Shown here: positions 41,429 through 53,843 of the stretch, in pieces
Layout: each line of letters begins with the position of its first letter
Position numbering within the stretch: the first letter of the stretch is position 1
Made by a program: the position numbers and the translations under genes
From: an uncultured delta proteobacterium
GTDB taxonomy: Bacteria; Myxococcota; Myxococcia; Myxococcales; Anaeromyxobacteraceae
Length of the DNA stretch: 64,000 bases
Reading direction: 5' to 3'
Assembly (NCBI GenBank): GCA_963828255.1
Contig: CAWHDZ010000040.1
Coordinates: 96,001 to 160,000, forward strand
Notes under the pieces: model-generated
Seen by the model: only the letters and a program-made list of their open reading frames with translations
Told to the model about the DNA's origin: nothing
Databases searched by the model: none

Positions 41429-43732
41429 TCAGCCGAGCGCTTCCTGGAGCGCCTTCCTTACCGCCGACGGGTCGGCCTTGCCCTGCGTTTCGCGCATGGC
41501 GGCCCCGAGGAGGAACCCGAGGAGCTTCTTCTCGCCCAATCGGTAGCGCGCCACCTCGGCGGCCTGCGCGGCGAGCACCCGGGCCACCGCGCCCTCGACT
41601 GCGGCCCGGTCGTCCACCCGCTCCAGGCCGAGCTCGGCGAGCCGGTCCGCGGGGTCGCCCGGCCGCTCGAGAAGGCTCGCGAGCAGCGCCTTCGCGCCCG
41701 CCCCGGTGGTGCGCCCCGACTCGGCGAGGGCGACGAAGCGTCCGAACGACCCGGCCTCCAGAGGAAGGGAATCGAGGGGGAGGTCGCCCGCGAGGCCGAG
41801 AAGCTCGTTGAGGAGCCAGCGCGCCGTGGGGCCGGGGGGGCCTCCGGCGGCGACGGCGGAGTCGAACCAGGCCGCGGTGACCGCGTCGGCGGCGAGGAGG
41901 TCGGCCTGGTCCGGCGAGACGCCGGGGATCGCCGCCAGCCTGGCGTGGATCGCGGCCAGCCGGGGATCGGCGGCCCGCTGCTCGGCCCGCACGTCTCCCC
42001 GGCTCCTCCGGGGCGCGGCGGGCGCGGCGGGCTCCCTCGCCGGGCGGGCCGGACGACGGGCCTCGACCGGGGCCGTCCGCGCCGTCCAGGCGTCCTTGAG
42101 CGTCATGGTGCGGTTCCACACCGGGGCGCCGGGCCTGGAATCGACCGGGTCCGCGAAGAAGTAGCCCTCCCTCAGGAACTGCCAGTGCGTACCCGGGGCG
42201 GCGTCGCGGAGCGCCGGCTCGAGCCGGGCGCCGGGAGCTGACGAGAGGGATGCCGGGTTCATCACGTCGAGGAAGTTCCCCTCGGCGTCGGGCTGCTCCA
42301 CCGTGAAGAGCCGGTCGTAGAGCCGGACCTCGGCGGGGATCGACCGGCTGCCGTGGACCCAGTGGATGGTCCCCATCCCGCGGCGCGCTCCGCCCTCCCG
42401 GGAGGCGGGGTCGAGGGTGCAGCGGATCTCCTCCACCTCGCCGCCGGGGCCACGGACCACCTCGTCGCAGCGGACCACGTAGGCGCCGGCCAGCCGCACC
42501 TCCCGCCCGGGCGCGAGCCGCTTCCAGTCGGGGGGCGGGTCGGCGGAGAAGTCGTCCCGCTCGACGAGCAGGTCCCGCCCGAAGGGGACCTTCCGCGTCC
42601 CCCCGTGGCCCGGCTCGGCCGGCCACCACGGCAGGTCGAGATCCTCGTCCGGCCCGGTCCAGTTCAAGAGGGTGAGCCGAACCGGGTCGAGCACGCCGAG
42701 CGCCCTGGGCGAGCGCCGCTCGAGGTCGCCCCGGACGCAGAATTCGAACTTGCCGATGTCCACCACGCTGTTGTTCTTGGCCACCCCGATGAGGTCTGCG
42801 AAGTCGCGCAGCGCCTCGGGGGTGACCCCGCGCCGGCGCATGCCGGCGATGGTGGGCATGCGGGGGTCGTCCCAGCCGGAGACCCGCTTCTCGTTGACGA
42901 TCTGGAGGAGCTTGCGCTTCGACATCACCGTGTAGCCGAGCGCCAGCCGGGCGAACTCGTACTGCCGGGGGCGCGGGTCCCAGGGGCCGGTGTTGTCGAG
43001 CACCCAGTCGTAGAGTTCCCGGTTCGACTCGAACTCCAGCGTGCAGATGGAGTGGGTGACCCCCTCGACGGCGTCCTCGAGCGGGTGGGCCCAGTCGTAC
43101 ATGGGGTAGATGCACCAGGCGTCGCCGGTGCGGTGGTGGCTGGCATGGCGGATGCGGTAGAGGAGCGGGTCCCGCATGAGCACGTTGGGGTGCGCCATGT
43201 CGATACGCGCCCGCAGGACCGCGGCGCCGTCGGGGAACTCCCCCTTCCGCATGCCCCGGAGGAGGTCGAGGTTCTCGGAGGGCGGCCGATCGCGGTGGGG
43301 GCTCGCCACCCCCGGCCGCTCGAAGCTTCCCCGCTGCTCCCGGATGGCCTCCTGGGACTGGGTGTCCACGTAGGCCTTCCCCTCCAGCACCAGCCGCTCG
43401 GCGCATTCGTACATCTTCCCGAAGTAGTCGGAGGCGAAGTGGAGGTGCTCCCCCCAGTCGCCGCCCAGCCAGCGGACGTCGTTCTCGATCGATTCGACGT
43501 ACTCGGTGTCCTCCGTCGTGGGGTTGGTGTCGTCGAAGCGGAGGTGGGCGCGCCCCCCGTAGCGGGCAGCCAGGCCGAAGTTGAGCAGGATCGACTTGGC
43601 GTGGCCGATGTGCAGGAAGCCGTTGGGCTCGGGAGGGAAGCGGGTGACGATCGGACCGCGAACCCGGCCCGCGGCAAGGTCGGAATCGACGATGTCGGTC
43701 AGGAAGTTGGAGGTCTTGGCCGATTCTGCCAT
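41429..43732 (-). CDS. glnS: Glutamine--tRNA ligase with C-terminal YqeY/GatB-like domain
   Basis: TRFPPEPNG.LHIGH, CTLEF, MSKRK, WDDPR; C-terminal YR.G..KLLGFLLG..MR.T.GKADP. Confidence 0.95.
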   Translation of the reverse strand: MAESAKTSNFLTDIVDSDLAAGRVRGPIVTRFPPEPNGFLHIGHAKSILLNFGLAARYGGRAHLRFDDTNPTTEDTEYVESIENDVRWLGGDWGEHLHFASDYFGKMYECAERLVLEGKAYVDTQSQEAIREQRGSFERPGVASPHRDRPPSENLDLLRGMRKGEFPDGAAVLRARIDMAHPNVLMRDPLLYRIRHASHHRTGDAWCIYPMYDWAHPLEDAVEGVTHSICTLEFESNRELYDWVLDNTGPWDPRPRQYEFARLALGYTVMSKRKLLQIVNEKRVSGWDDPRMPTIAGMRRRGVTPEALRDFADLIGVAKNNSVVDIGKFEFCVRGDLERRSPRALGVLDPVRLTLLNWTGPDEDLDLPWWPAEPGHGGTRKVPFGRDLLVERDDFSADPPPDWKRLAPGREVRLAGAYVVRCDEVVRGPGGEVEEIRCTLDPASREGGARRGMGTIHWVHGSRSIPAEVRLYDRLFTVEQPDAEGNFLDVMNPASLSSAPGARLEPALRDAAPGTHWQFLREGYFFADPVDSRPGAPVWNRTMTLKDAWTARTAPVEARRPARPAREPAAPAAPRRSRGDVRAEQRAADPRLAAIHARLAAIPGVSPDQADLLAADAVTAAWFDSAVAAGGPPGPTARWLLNELLGLAGDLPLDSLPLEAGSFGRFVALAESGRTTGAGAKALLASLLERPGDPADRLAELGLERVDDRAAVEGAVARVLAAQAAEVARYRLGEKKLLGFLLGAAMRETQGKADPSAVRKALQEALG

Positions 43733-43797
43733 CCGGGGCGTGTACCGCAGCCCAGGACTGCTCGCAACTGCGCGGAAGGAGGGTATCCTTCGCCTCC

Positions 43798-44034
43798 ATG
43801 GAGGTCCTCCTCGACGGGGCGAGTCCCGTCCACTGGCTCGTGGTCGCCGTGCTGGCGGTGTCCGGGGCGTTGACCGCCTGGATGGGGGTTCGCGACGGGC
43901 TCGTCCGACGGGTGGTCCGGACCAACTCCGGACCGCTCACCGGCTGGAAGGCCCTGGCGGCGGGGGTGCTCTACGCGGCCTTCGGTCTGGCCGGGGTCGT
44001 GGGGGCCGTGCTCTTCGTCCTGAAGGCCCGCTAG
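43798..44034 (+). CDS. Small two-TM membrane protein
   Basis: Two hydrophobic helices; TATCCT 8 nt upstream of ATG. Confidence 0.6.
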   Translation: MEVLLDGASPVHWLVVAVLAVSGALTAWMGVRDGLVRRVVRTNSGPLTGWKALAAGVLYAAFGLAGVVGAVLFVLKAR

Positions 44035-44654
44035 GCGCCGCCGCCGGTCCCGGCTGCCGAGCCCCGGTGCCGCGGGGTGCGCCGCTCGCCGCGGGCGCAG
44101 GCGAGTTGCAGGGCCACGCTCCGGTGGAACGCCGCGACCATGGGGGCGAAGCGCTCGGGGGCCCCTTCCAGATCGCCCAGCGCGAGCGCCACCGCCTCGA
44201 GTGTGGACAGGTGGACCGCCCCGGGCTCGGCCCGCAGCCCGGCGTAGCCGCTCGGACGGCCGGCGTCCACCGAGACCCGGGGGAGGGCGGCGAGGGTTGG
44301 CGACAGGCGCAGCATCTTCTCGGACTGGTGCCAGGTCCCGTCCACCGCGAAGAGCACCGGCGGGGGGGGGCGGGCGAGCTCGCCGGCGGGGGTCGAGCCG
44401 GGGCCGGGGAAGAGGAGCGCCGCGCCGGGGACCCGGGCGAGCTCCATGACCCCGGGGTCGCCCTCGAAGGAGACGCCACGGTGCAACTCGGCGTTCTCCA
44501 GGGCCAGGCGGGTGAGCCAGGCCGAGCAGATGGCGAGCCGAGCCTCCCGGGGGTGCTGGAGGAGCACCACCCGGGTCCGGGAGGGGGCCGGGACGAGCCC
44601 GTCGCAGACGCAGAACTCCGCGGGGCGGAGGCATCGGGCGCAGCTCCGGCGCAC
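44031..44654 (-). CDS. DTW-domain tRNA-uridine aminocarboxypropyltransferase (TapT/YfiP-like)
   Basis: CxxC..CxC Zn knuckle, LQHP.E, LLFP, DGTW, LSTLEA. Confidence 0.88.
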   Translation of the reverse strand: MRRSCARCLRPAEFCVCDGLVPAPSRTRVVLLQHPREARLAICSAWLTRLALENAELHRGVSFEGDPGVMELARVPGAALLFPGPGSTPAGELARPPPPVLFAVDGTWHQSEKMLRLSPTLAALPRVSVDAGRPSGYAGLRAEPGAVHLSTLEAVALALGDLEGAPERFAPMVAAFHRSVALQLACARGERRTPRHRGSAAGTGGGA

Positions 44655-44660
44655 GGCGGC

Positions 44661-44984
44661 CTAGACGACGCCGAGGAGCTCGACCTCGAACACCAGGGTG
44701 GCGTTGGGCGGGATGTCGGGAGGGGCGCCACCGGCGCCGTAGCCCAGATCGGGGGAGAGGGTGAGCTTGCGCTTGCCCCCGACCTTCATGCCGGCGACAC
44801 CCCGGTCCCACCCCTCGATGACCTCGCCGGCCCCCAGCCGGAAGCTGAACGGCTCGCCGCCGACCGAGGAGTCGAACTTCGTCCCGTCCAGCAGCCAGCC
44901 GGTGTAGTGGACCTGAACATTCTTTCCCCGGACCGCCTCCGGCCCCTTGCCGGTCATGAGGTCCTCGATCTTGGGCTTCGCCAT
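44661..44984 (-). CDS. FKBP-type peptidyl-prolyl isomerase
   Basis: [44 protein letters not shown]. Confidence 0.95.
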   Translation of the reverse strand: MAKPKIEDLMTGKGPEAVRGKNVQVHYTGWLLDGTKFDSSVGGEPFSFRLGAGEVIEGWDRGVAGMKVGGKRKLTLSPDLGYGAGGAPPDIPPNATLVFEVELLGVV

Positions 44985-45148
44985 GGTCACCTCCGCGGCA
45001 GGACTACCCGGTCGCCGGGGCGGAGGCAAGGCGTCCCACACGGCCACGACGGGGCGATCGCTCCCCACCAGTTGCAGTTCCCGTCGCAGGTGCGTAAACC
45101 ATTGGTCGCGCCAGATACCGGGCCACAACGACTTTCGGGAGGATCGAC

Positions 45149-45484
45149 ATGAACGGTGAGCAGGAGAACACGACGCAGCCGACCATGATGGAGAACGCGG
45201 TGGCCAAGGTGGAGGAGGTCAAGGCCGCCGCGATCGCCACCGAGGTGAAGGCCGAAGCCCAGGTCAAGGCCGGCGTGAAGAAGGCGAAGGCCCAGGCCAA
45301 GAAGTTCGTCGCCAGCGTGAAGAAGGAAGTGAAGAAGGACATCAGGAAGGTGAAGGCCGCGGTCAAGAAGTTCGGGAAGAAGCCGGCCAGGAAGGTCGCC
45401 AGGAAGCCCGCGAAGAAGGCGGCGAAGAAGGTCGCCAGGAAGCCGGTCAAGAAGCCGGTGAAGAAGGCCGGCAAGAAGAAGTAG
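45149..45484 (+). CDS. Lys/Ala-rich histone H1-like protein
   Basis: GGAGG SD; KPARK/KPAKK/KPVKK repeats. Confidence 0.75.
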   Translation: MNGEQENTTQPTMMENAVAKVEEVKAAAIATEVKAEAQVKAGVKKAKAQAKKFVASVKKEVKKDIRKVKAAVKKFGKKPARKVARKPAKKAAKKVARKPVKKPVKKAGKKK

Positions 45485-45611
45485 GGCTCTTCCCGCGGCA
45501 CCCGGGGGCGCATCGGTCGTGGCCATCGCCGCGGCGGATCGCGCCCCTTCCGTTTCGGCCTCGCGTGGAACCCGTGGACGGTTCGCGCGAGTTCTGCTTT
45601 CCTTCGGGGCC

Positions 45612-47231
45612 ATGGCCACCCCCGACTTCAAGTACCAGGATCCGTTCCCGCTCTCGAAGGACCAGACCCGCTACCGCCTCGTCTCGAAGGAGGGCGTCTC
45701 CGTCGCCACCTTCGACGGCAAGGAGATCCTCAAGGTCGAGCCCTCCGCGCTGGAGCGCGTCGCCAACGAGGCGATGCGCGAGCTCTCCTTCTACCTGCGC
45801 CCCGACCACAACGAGCAGGTGGCGAAGATCCTCACCGACCCGGAGGCCTCCCCCAACGACAAGGGGGTGGCGCTGGCCTTCCTGCGCAACGCCGAGATCT
45901 CCGCCCAGGGCGAGCTGCCCATCTGCCAGGACACCGGCACGGCGACCATCGTCGGCAAGAAGGGGCAGCAGGTCTGGACCGGGGTGAAGGACGAGGAGTG
46001 GATCTCGAAGGGGGTCTACCGGACCTACACCGAGGAGAACCTTCGCTACTCCCAGACCTCCGCCCTCAACATGTACGACGAGGTCAACACCGGCACCAAC
46101 CTGCCGGCCCAGATCGACCTCTACGCGACCGAGGGAGCCGAGTACAAGTTCCTCTTCGTCGCCAAGGGAGGCGGTTCCGCCAACAAGACCATGCTCTGGC
46201 AGGAGACCAAGGCGCTCCTCACGCCCGAGAAGCTGGAGAAGTTCCTGGTGGACAAGATGAAGTACCTGGGCACCGCGGCCTGCCCGCCGTACCACATCGC
46301 CGTGGTGGTGGGAGGCACCTCCGCCGAGGCCAATCTCAAGACCGTGAAGCTCGCCTCCACCAAGTACTACGACGGGCTCCCCACCGAGGGAAACGCGCTC
46401 GGCCAGGCCTTCCGCGACGTCGAGCTGGAGAGCCGCCTGCTCGTCGCCGCCCAGAAGCTCGGCATCGGGGCCCAGTTCGGCGGCAAGTACTTCGCCCACG
46501 ACGTGCGGGTGGTGCGCCTGCCGCGCCACGGCGCCTCCTGCCCGATCGGCATGGGCGTCTCCTGCTCGGCCGACCGCAACGCCAAGGCCAAGATCACGAA
46601 GGAGGGGGTCTTCATCGAGGACCTCGACCGGAACCCGGGTCGGCTCATCCCCGACGCGCTCAGGGGCAAGCACGACCACGGCGTGAAGGTGAACCTCGAC
46701 CGACCCATGAAGGAGATCGTGGCCGAGCTGTCGAAGCACCCGGTCTCGACGCCGCTCCTCCTCACCGGGACGCTCGTGGTGGCCCGCGACATCGCCCATG
46801 CCAAGTTCAAGGACCTCATCGACGCGGGCAAGGGGCTCCCCGACTACTTGAAGAACCACCCGGTCTACTACGCCGGTCCGGCCAAGACGCCCAAGGGGAA
46901 GGCCTCCGGCTCCTTCGGCCCGACCACCGCCGGGCGCATGGATTCCTACGTGGACCTCCTGCAGTCCCACGGAGGCTCGCTGGTCATGATCGCCAAGGGG
47001 AACCGCAGCCAGCAAGTCACCGACGCCTGCAAGAAGTACGGCGGCTTCTACCTGGGGTCCATCGGCGGCCCGGCCGCGGTGCTGGCCGAGGAGAACATCA
47101 AGAAGGTGGAGTGCATCGACTTCCCGGAGCTGGGGATGGAAGCGGTCTGGAAGATCGAGGTGGTGGACTTCCCGGCCTTCATCCTGGTGGACGACAAGGG
47201 GACGGACTTCTTCAAGAAGCTGGGGATCTAG
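45612..47231 (+). CDS. fumA: Class I fumarate hydratase (Fe-S)
   Basis: [34 protein letters not shown]. Confidence 0.95.
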   Translation: MATPDFKYQDPFPLSKDQTRYRLVSKEGVSVATFDGKEILKVEPSALERVANEAMRELSFYLRPDHNEQVAKILTDPEASPNDKGVALAFLRNAEISAQGELPICQDTGTATIVGKKGQQVWTGVKDEEWISKGVYRTYTEENLRYSQTSALNMYDEVNTGTNLPAQIDLYATEGAEYKFLFVAKGGGSANKTMLWQETKALLTPEKLEKFLVDKMKYLGTAACPPYHIAVVVGGTSAEANLKTVKLASTKYYDGLPTEGNALGQAFRDVELESRLLVAAQKLGIGAQFGGKYFAHDVRVVRLPRHGASCPIGMGVSCSADRNAKAKITKEGVFIEDLDRNPGRLIPDALRGKHDHGVKVNLDRPMKEIVAELSKHPVSTPLLLTGTLVVARDIAHAKFKDLIDAGKGLPDYLKNHPVYYAGPAKTPKGKASGSFGPTTAGRMDSYVDLLQSHGGSLVMIAKGNRSQQVTDACKKYGGFYLGSIGGPAAVLAEENIKKVECIDFPELGMEAVWKIEVVDFPAFILVDDKGTDFFKKLGI

Positions 47232-47298
47232 GGGCGGACGCGGCATCCAAAAGGGTCGTGTATACTGGCGGGCCCTTTTCCCGAACCGCCGGATCCAC

Positions 47299-48702
47299 AT
47301 GACCCAGCCGCGAACGCTCCTCCAGAAGATTCGGGAGTCCCACGTCGTCGCCCAGGAGGAAGGCGCACCCGCCGTCCTCTACGTCGACCGCCACCTCGTC
47401 CACGAGGTGACCTCGCCGCAGGCCTTCACGGGCCTGCGCGCGCGAAAGCTCCGGGTCCGGCGTCCCGACCTCACCACCGCCACCGCCGACCACTCCATCC
47501 CCACCCGGGGTCCGGTGATCGACGAGCAGGCGGCCGCCCAGCTCCGGCAGCTCGAGGAGAACTGCCGGGAGTTCGAGGTTCCGCTCTTCGGGCGGGGCAG
47601 CCCGGCGCAGGGCATCGTCCACGTGATGGGGCCGGAGCAGGGGCTCACCCAGCCGGGCATGACCATCGTCTGCGGCGACAGCCACACCGCCACCCACGGG
47701 GCCTTCGGGGCGCTGGCCTTCGGCATCGGCACGAGCGAGGTCGAGCACGTGCTCGCCACGCAGTGCCTGCTCCAGCACCGCCCCCGCAACTACGAGGTCC
47801 GCGTGGACGGCCGGCTCCCGGCCGGCGTCTCCGCCAAGGACGTCATCCTGGCCCTCATCGCCCGCATCGGCGTGGGCGGCGGGACCGGCCACGTCTTCGA
47901 GTTCACCGGGAGTGGCATGGGCGCCCTCGACATGGAGGAGCGCATGACCGTGTGCAACATGGCCATCGAGGGGGGCGCCCGCGCCGGGCTGGTGGCTCCG
48001 GACGACGTCACCTTCCAGTACCTGGCCGGGAGGCCGGCGGCGCCGCAGGGCGCCGCGTGGGACCGCGCGCTGGCCCGCTGGCGGGCCCTGCCCAGCGACC
48101 CGGGCGCGCCCTTCGACCGGAGCATCTCCCTCGACGCCGCGGCGCTCGAGCCCATGATCACCTTCGGAACCAACCCCGGCATGGGCATGCGGGTGGGCGG
48201 CCGCATCCCCGACCCGGCCGCGCTCTCCGACGCATCGCAGCGGGCCGCGCTCGAGAAGGCGCTCGGCTACATGGGATTCCGGGCCGGCCAGCCCATCGCC
48301 GGCCATCCCGTGCAGGTGGTCTTCATCGGCAGCTGCACCAACGGCCGGATCTCCGACCTGCGCGCCGCGGCCACCGTGCTGCGGGGGCGCAGGGTGGCGG
48401 CCGGCCTGCGGGTGCTCGTCGTCCCAGGTTCACAGATGGTGAAGAAGCAGGCCGAGGCCGAGGGTCTCGACCGGGTCTTCGTCGAGGCCGGCGCCGAGTG
48501 GCGCAACCCCGGCTGCTCGATGTGCATCGCCATGAACGGCGACCAGCTCCAGCCCGGCGAGTACGCCGTCTCCACGTCGAACCGCAACTTCGAGGGGCGG
48601 CAGGGCAAGGGAGGGCGCACGCTGCTCGCCTCGCCGCTCACCGCCGCGGCCTCCGCCGTCACCGGCAAGGTCACCGACCCGCGCACGCTTCCCCGCGCCT
48701 GA
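47299..48702 (+). CDS. leuC: 3-isopropylmalate dehydratase large subunit
   Basis: [37 protein letters not shown]. Confidence 0.96.
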   Translation: MTQPRTLLQKIRESHVVAQEEGAPAVLYVDRHLVHEVTSPQAFTGLRARKLRVRRPDLTTATADHSIPTRGPVIDEQAAAQLRQLEENCREFEVPLFGRGSPAQGIVHVMGPEQGLTQPGMTIVCGDSHTATHGAFGALAFGIGTSEVEHVLATQCLLQHRPRNYEVRVDGRLPAGVSAKDVILALIARIGVGGGTGHVFEFTGSGMGALDMEERMTVCNMAIEGGARAGLVAPDDVTFQYLAGRPAAPQGAAWDRALARWRALPSDPGAPFDRSISLDAAALEPMITFGTNPGMGMRVGGRIPDPAALSDASQRAALEKALGYMGFRAGQPIAGHPVQVVFIGSCTNGRISDLRAAATVLRGRRVAAGLRVLVVPGSQMVKKQAEAEGLDRVFVEAGAEWRNPGCSMCIAMNGDQLQPGEYAVSTSNRNFEGRQGKGGRTLLASPLTAAASAVTGKVTDPRTLPRA

Positions 48703-48714
48703 GGAAACAGGGAC

Positions 48715-49311
48715 ATGGCCCAGTTCACCACGCTCACCTCCCGCGTCGTCGTCGTCCCCCAGAACGACATCGACACCGACCAGATCATCCCCGCCCGCTT
48801 CCTCAAGACCACCGACAAGGCGGGCCTGGGCTCGAGCCTCTTCGCCGACTGGCGCTACGGACCGGACGGCGCCGCGCGGCCGGAGTTCCCGCTCAACGCC
48901 CCGCGCGCGGAAGGGGCGCAGGTGCTGCTCGCCGGGGACAACTTCGGCTGCGGCAGCTCCCGCGAGCACGCCCCCTGGGCGCTCACCGGCTTCGGCTTCC
49001 GCGCCGTGGTGAGCACCTCGTTCGCCGACATCTTCCGGAACAACGCGCTGAAGAACGGGCTCGTCCCGGTGGCCATCGACGCGGCCGCCCACGCGTCCCT
49101 GCTCGGGCAGCTGGCCCGGACTCCCGAGGCCGAGGTCACGGTGGACCTGGCCTCCCAGACCATCCGCCTTCCCGACGGGAAGACGGTGAAGTTCCCCATC
49201 GACCCTTTCTCCCGCACCTGCCTGCTCGAGGGGGTGGACGAGCTGGGGTACATCCTGCGCTTCGAGCCCCGCATCGCGGAGCACGAGGGGCGCGTCCGGG
49301 AGGCGTCGTGA
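48715..49311 (+). CDS. leuD: 3-isopropylmalate dehydratase small subunit
   Basis: [23 protein letters not shown]. Confidence 0.96.
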   Translation: MAQFTTLTSRVVVVPQNDIDTDQIIPARFLKTTDKAGLGSSLFADWRYGPDGAARPEFPLNAPRAEGAQVLLAGDNFGCGSSREHAPWALTGFGFRAVVSTSFADIFRNNALKNGLVPVAIDAAAHASLLGQLARTPEAEVTVDLASQTIRLPDGKTVKFPIDPFSRTCLLEGVDELGYILRFEPRIAEHEGRVREAS

Positions 49312-50852
49312 TCCAGATCTACGACACCACGCTGCGTGACGGCACCCAGCGCGAGGGCATCTCCCTCTCCTGCGACGACAAGATCGCCATCGCCGGACGG
49401 CTCGACGAGCTGGGCGTGACCTTCATCGAGGGCGGCTGGCCCGGCTCCAATCCCAAGGACGCCGAGTTCTTCGCCCGGGCCCGCGACATGGAGTGGAAGA
49501 CGGCCCGGGTCGCAGCCTTCGGATCGACCTGCCGGGTGGGCGGCGGGCCGGAGGACGACGCCAACATCCGCGCGCTGGTGGACTCGGGCGCCCCGGTCTG
49601 CACGGTGGTCGGGAAGACCTGGACCCTGCACGTCACCGACGTGCTGCGCACCACGCTCGAGGAGAACCTCCGCATCATCGAGAGGAGCCTCGCCTACCTG
49701 GCCGCCCAGGGGCGGAGGGTGATCTACGACGCCGAGCACTTCTTCGACGGCTACCGGGCCGACCCGGCCTACGCCATCGCCACCCTGGAGGCGGCGGCGC
49801 GGGGCGGGGCCGAGACGGTGGTGCTCTGCGACACCAACGGAGGCTCGCTCCCCTGGCAGATCGCCGACGTGGTCCGGGCCGTGAAGGGCAGGGTGGACCG
49901 GCCTCTCGGCATCCACGCCCACAACGACAGCGAGACCGCAGTGGCCAGCTCGCTGGCCGCGGTCCACGAGGGGGCCATCCAGGTCCAGGGCACGGTGAAC
50001 GGGTACGGGGAGCGCTGCGGCAACGCCAACCTCTGCTCGGTCATCCCGGCGCTCGAGCTGAAGCTCGGGTTCCCCTGCCTGCCTGCCGGCCGGTTGCACA
50101 CGCTCACCGAGGTGTCCCGGTTCGTGGCCGAGCTGGCCAACCAGGCGCCCGACGACCACCAGCCCTACGTGGGCAAGTCGGCCTTCGCCCACAAGGGCGG
50201 CATCCACGTGGCGGCCATGCGCCGCAACGAGGCCACCTACCAGCACCTCGACCCGGTCCTGGTCGGCAACCGCATGCGCGTGGTGGTGAGCGAGCTGTCC
50301 GGGCGCGGCAACCTGCTCTCCAAGGCCGAGGAGATGGGCATCACCGGCGGAGACGTGGGCGGCGTGCTCGGGGAGATCAAGGAGCTCGAGTCGAAGGGGT
50401 TCTCCTTCGAGGCCGCCGAGGCCTCCGTGGCCATGCTCATGAAGCGGCAGGAGCCGGGCTACCACCCCCCCTTCGAGCTCATGGACTTCCTGGTCAACGT
50501 CGAGCACCGCACCGGCCGCGGCATCTTCGCCGAGGCCATGGTGAAGGTGCGGGTGGACGGCGAGGTGCTGCACACCGCCGCCGAGGGGGACGGCCCGGTG
50601 GACGCGCTCGACGCCGCGCTCCGAAAGGCGCTCTCTCCCCGCTACCCGAAGATCGGCCAGATGAAGCTCACCGACTACAAGGTTCGCATCCTCGACAGCG
50701 ATCGGGGCGCGGGCGCGGTGACCCGCGTCCTCATCGACACCCACATGGGCGACCGGCGGTGGACCACCGTCGGCGCCTCCACCAACATCATCGAGGCCAG
50801 CTGGCGCGCGCTCAGCGACTCGGTGGAGTACGGGCTCACCGTCGCAACCTGA
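49308..50852 (+). CDS. cimA: Citramalate synthase (bacterial CimA, TIGR00977-like)
   Basis: [67 protein letters not shown]. Confidence 0.88.
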   Translation: MIQIYDTTLRDGTQREGISLSCDDKIAIAGRLDELGVTFIEGGWPGSNPKDAEFFARARDMEWKTARVAAFGSTCRVGGGPEDDANIRALVDSGAPVCTVVGKTWTLHVTDVLRTTLEENLRIIERSLAYLAAQGRRVIYDAEHFFDGYRADPAYAIATLEAAARGGAETVVLCDTNGGSLPWQIADVVRAVKGRVDRPLGIHAHNDSETAVASSLAAVHEGAIQVQGTVNGYGERCGNANLCSVIPALELKLGFPCLPAGRLHTLTEVSRFVAELANQAPDDHQPYVGKSAFAHKGGIHVAAMRRNEATYQHLDPVLVGNRMRVVVSELSGRGNLLSKAEEMGITGGDVGGVLGEIKELESKGFSFEAAEASVAMLMKRQEPGYHPPFELMDFLVNVEHRTGRGIFAEAMVKVRVDGEVLHTAAEGDGPVDALDAALRKALSPRYPKIGQMKLTDYKVRILDSDRGAGAVTRVLIDTHMGDRRWTTVGASTNIIEASWRALSDSVEYGLTVAT

Positions 50853-50876
50853 CGGCGGCGGCCCCTCGGAGACGAC

Positions 50877-51935
50877 ATGAAGGCGACGATCGTGGTGCTT
50901 CCCGGCGACGGGATCGGGCCGGAGGTGACGGCCCAGGCCGTCCGGGTGCTCGAGTCGGTGGCCCGCAAGGGCGGGCATGACCTCCGCTTCACCGAGCGTC
51001 TCATGGGCGGATGCTCCATCGACGCCCACGGCGTGGCGCTCACGCCCGAGGTGCTCCGCGACTGCCAGGCGGCCGACGCGGTCCTGCTCGGCGCGGTGGG
51101 TGGTCCGAAGTGGGACGACCCGAAGGCCAAGGTACGGCCGGAGCAGGGGTTGCTCGGGCTGCGCAAGGGGCTCTCCGTCTTCGCCAACCTGCGGCCGGTC
51201 CGGGTGCACCCGGCGCTCGTGGACGCCTCCCCGCTCAAGGCCGACCGGCTGGCCGGGGTGGACATCCTGGTCATCCGCGAGCTCACCGGCGGGCTCTACT
51301 TCGGAGAGCCCAAGGGGCGCCACCACAAGGACGGCCACGAGCACGCCGTGGACACCCTCGACTACGCCGACTACGAGGTGCGGCGGGTCACCGAGCTGGC
51401 CTTCCGGCTGGCCCGGGGGCGTCGCAAGAAGGTGACTTCCGTGGACAAGGCCAACGTCCTCGAGTCCTCGCGCCTCTGGCGGCAGGTGGCCACGGCGGTG
51501 GGGCAGGAGTTCCCCGATGTCGCCCTCGACCACATGCTGGTGGACACCGCGGCCATGCGGCTCGTGCAGGCGCCCGCCTCCTTCGACGTGCTCGTGACCG
51601 AGAACATGTTCGGGGACATCCTCACCGACGAGGCGGCGGTCCTGGCCGGGTCGATGGGAATGCTCCCCTCGGCGTCGCTGGGAGCGGGCGGCCCGGGGCT
51701 CTACGAGCCCATCCACGGCTCCGCTCCGGACATCGCGGGGAAGGGGATCGCCAACCCGCTCGGGACCATCCTCTCGGCCGCCATGCTGCTTCGCCACTCG
51801 CTCGGTCTCGAGCAGGAGGCGGCGGCGATCGAGAGGGCCGCCGACGCGGCCGTCACCGGGGGTGCACGCACGGCCGACCTGGGGGGCAAGCTCTCCACCC
51901 GGGACATGGCCGAAGAGGTGCTGCGGCGTCTCTAG
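50877..51935 (+). CDS. leuB: 3-isopropylmalate dehydrogenase
   Basis: [52 protein letters not shown]. Confidence 0.96.
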   Translation: MKATIVVLPGDGIGPEVTAQAVRVLESVARKGGHDLRFTERLMGGCSIDAHGVALTPEVLRDCQAADAVLLGAVGGPKWDDPKAKVRPEQGLLGLRKGLSVFANLRPVRVHPALVDASPLKADRLAGVDILVIRELTGGLYFGEPKGRHHKDGHEHAVDTLDYADYEVRRVTELAFRLARGRRKKVTSVDKANVLESSRLWRQVATAVGQEFPDVALDHMLVDTAAMRLVQAPASFDVLVTENMFGDILTDEAAVLAGSMGMLPSASLGAGGPGLYEPIHGSAPDIAGKGIANPLGTILSAAMLLRHSLGLEQEAAAIERAADAAVTGGARTADLGGKLSTRDMAEEVLRRL

Positions 51936-53818
51936 CCTCGCGGAGGCGCCGGCTTCCGGCGGGCCAGGATCCGCTCCATCTCGTCCATGGTCGCGTTCAT
52001 CTCGGCGATGGCGGCGTCGAACGGGGCGGAGGTGGTCATGTCGACCCCGGCGCCGCGGAGCAGATCGATGGCGTAGCGGGACCCGCCGGCGCGAAGCATG
52101 TCCAGGTAGGCCTCCCGCCGGGCCGTCTTCCCGGTGCGCGCCTCCTCTCGGATGGCCCGCGCCAGGGCGGTGGAGGCGACCATGCTGGTGGCGTACTGGT
52201 AGACGTAGAACGGACGGTAGAAGTGGGGGATGAAGGCCCACTCCACGCCGATGAGGTCGTCGACCTGGGTGACGCCCTTGTCGTGACCGTAGTACTCCCG
52301 GACGATCCGGAGGTAGAGGTCGCTCAGGATCTCCCCGCCGAGCGGCTCGCCCCGCTCCGACCGCTCGTGCATGGCGAGCTCGAACTCGGCGAACTGGGTC
52401 TGGCGGAAGAGGGCTCCCCGAACGCCGTCCAGGTGGTTGCCGAGGAGCGCCAGCCGGGTCTCGTCGTCCTTCGCCTTCCCGAGCATGTGGTGCAATAGTA
52501 GGTTTTCGTTGAGGGTGGAGGCCACCTCGGCGACGAAGGTCGGGTAGTCGAAGGTGGCGAAGGGCTGGCTCCGCATGGCGTACCAGGTGTGCATCGAGTG
52601 GCCCGACTCGTGGGCCAGCATCGAGAGGTCATCGTACTGCCCGTTGAAGTTGAGCAACTGGTACGGGTGCACCCCGTAGACGCCGGTGGAGTAGGCGCCG
52701 GAGGCCTTGCCGGTGGAGGGCAGGTAGTCCGTCCAGCGGCTCTCGTACCCCTTCCGCATCGCATCGACGTACTCGGCTCCCAGCGGGGCGAAGGCCGCTA
52801 GCGTGATGGCGCGCGCCTCGTCCGGCGAGAACTTCAAGGGCACGCTGCCCACCATCGGGACGTAGAGATCCTGGTAGCGGAGCTTCTCGAGGCCGAGCAT
52901 GCGGCGCCGGAGCTCCAGGTAGCGGTGGAAGGTGGGGAGGCTGCGCCGGACGTCGGCGACGAGCTGCCGGTAGACCGCGGGAGGGATGTTGGAATCGAAG
53001 AGGGAGGACTCCAGCGAGGAGCCGAAGCCGCGGACCTTCTTCTGGAAGACCTGGGCCTTCACCTGTCCGTCCAGGGTCGCCCCCATGGTGCGGGAGTAGG
53101 CCTGGAAGGCGCCCAGGAAGGCGGCGAAGACGGCCTCGCGGTCGGCGCGGAGGGGGGAGGCCCTGACCAGCCCGTAGGCGGAGGGATCGAGCCGGACCTC
53201 GCCGGTGGAGAGCTTCACCGTGGGCCAGGGCAGGTCGGCGTTCGCGAGGATCCCGTAGGCCGTGCTTCCGGTGTCCGCGAAGCCCTGGGCCTCGGCGACG
53301 ACCCGCTCCTCCGCCGCCGAGAGCGTGTGGGGCCTGGCGCGGAGGACGTCCTCCACGAAGAAGCGGTAGGGAGCGAGGCGGGGTTCGGCCTGGATCCACG
53401 CCTTCAGCCTGTCGGGCTCGATGGCGAGGATCTCGGGCCGGGCGAACGACGACGCCGCCTCGAGCCGGACCGCCAGCTGCTGCGCGGACTCCCTCATCTC
53501 GCGGGGGTGGGCCGCCCGGATGTCCTCGTCGGAGAGGCAGTTCGCGTACTCGAGGACCCGGAGCAGGTCGCGCCTCAGGCCGAAGGCGGCGTCCAGGCCG
53601 TCTGCGAGCGCCGCCGCCGAGGTCCCGAGCCGGCCCTTGTGCGCGGAGAGGCCGGGGATGCGCCGGGCGAGATCGTCCCTCGCCACGGTCCAGGCGGCCT
53701 CGGAGGGGAAGATGTCGGCGAGGTTCCACCGGTACTTCTCCGCGACCTCGGCGCGTTCCGCGCCGCGCGCTGGAACGGCGAGCGCAAGGAGGGCGAGGAT
53801 GGCGAGCACTCGGGCCAT
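51932..53818 (-). CDS. pepF: Oligoendopeptidase F (M3B) with signal peptide
   Basis: [28 protein letters not shown]. Confidence 0.93.
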   Translation of the reverse strand: MARVLAILALLALAVPARGAERAEVAEKYRWNLADIFPSEAAWTVARDDLARRIPGLSAHKGRLGTSAAALADGLDAAFGLRRDLLRVLEYANCLSDEDIRAAHPREMRESAQQLAVRLEAASSFARPEILAIEPDRLKAWIQAEPRLAPYRFFVEDVLRARPHTLSAAEERVVAEAQGFADTGSTAYGILANADLPWPTVKLSTGEVRLDPSAYGLVRASPLRADREAVFAAFLGAFQAYSRTMGATLDGQVKAQVFQKKVRGFGSSLESSLFDSNIPPAVYRQLVADVRRSLPTFHRYLELRRRMLGLEKLRYQDLYVPMVGSVPLKFSPDEARAITLAAFAPLGAEYVDAMRKGYESRWTDYLPSTGKASGAYSTGVYGVHPYQLLNFNGQYDDLSMLAHESGHSMHTWYAMRSQPFATFDYPTFVAEVASTLNENLLLHHMLGKAKDDETRLALLGNHLDGVRGALFRQTQFAEFELAMHERSERGEPLGGEILSDLYLRIVREYYGHDKGVTQVDDLIGVEWAFIPHFYRPFYVYQYATSMVASTALARAIREEARTGKTARREAYLDMLRAGGSRYAIDLLRGAGVDMTTSAPFDAAIAEMNATMDEMERILARRKPAPPRG

Positions 53819-53843
53819 GGCGGTCCTCGGCCGGAACTGCCGG

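Noticed and set aside
45300..45480. Repetitive AAGAAG/GCCAGGAAG sequence
   Set aside because: Explained by Lys/Ala codons of the histone-like protein; no spacer structure
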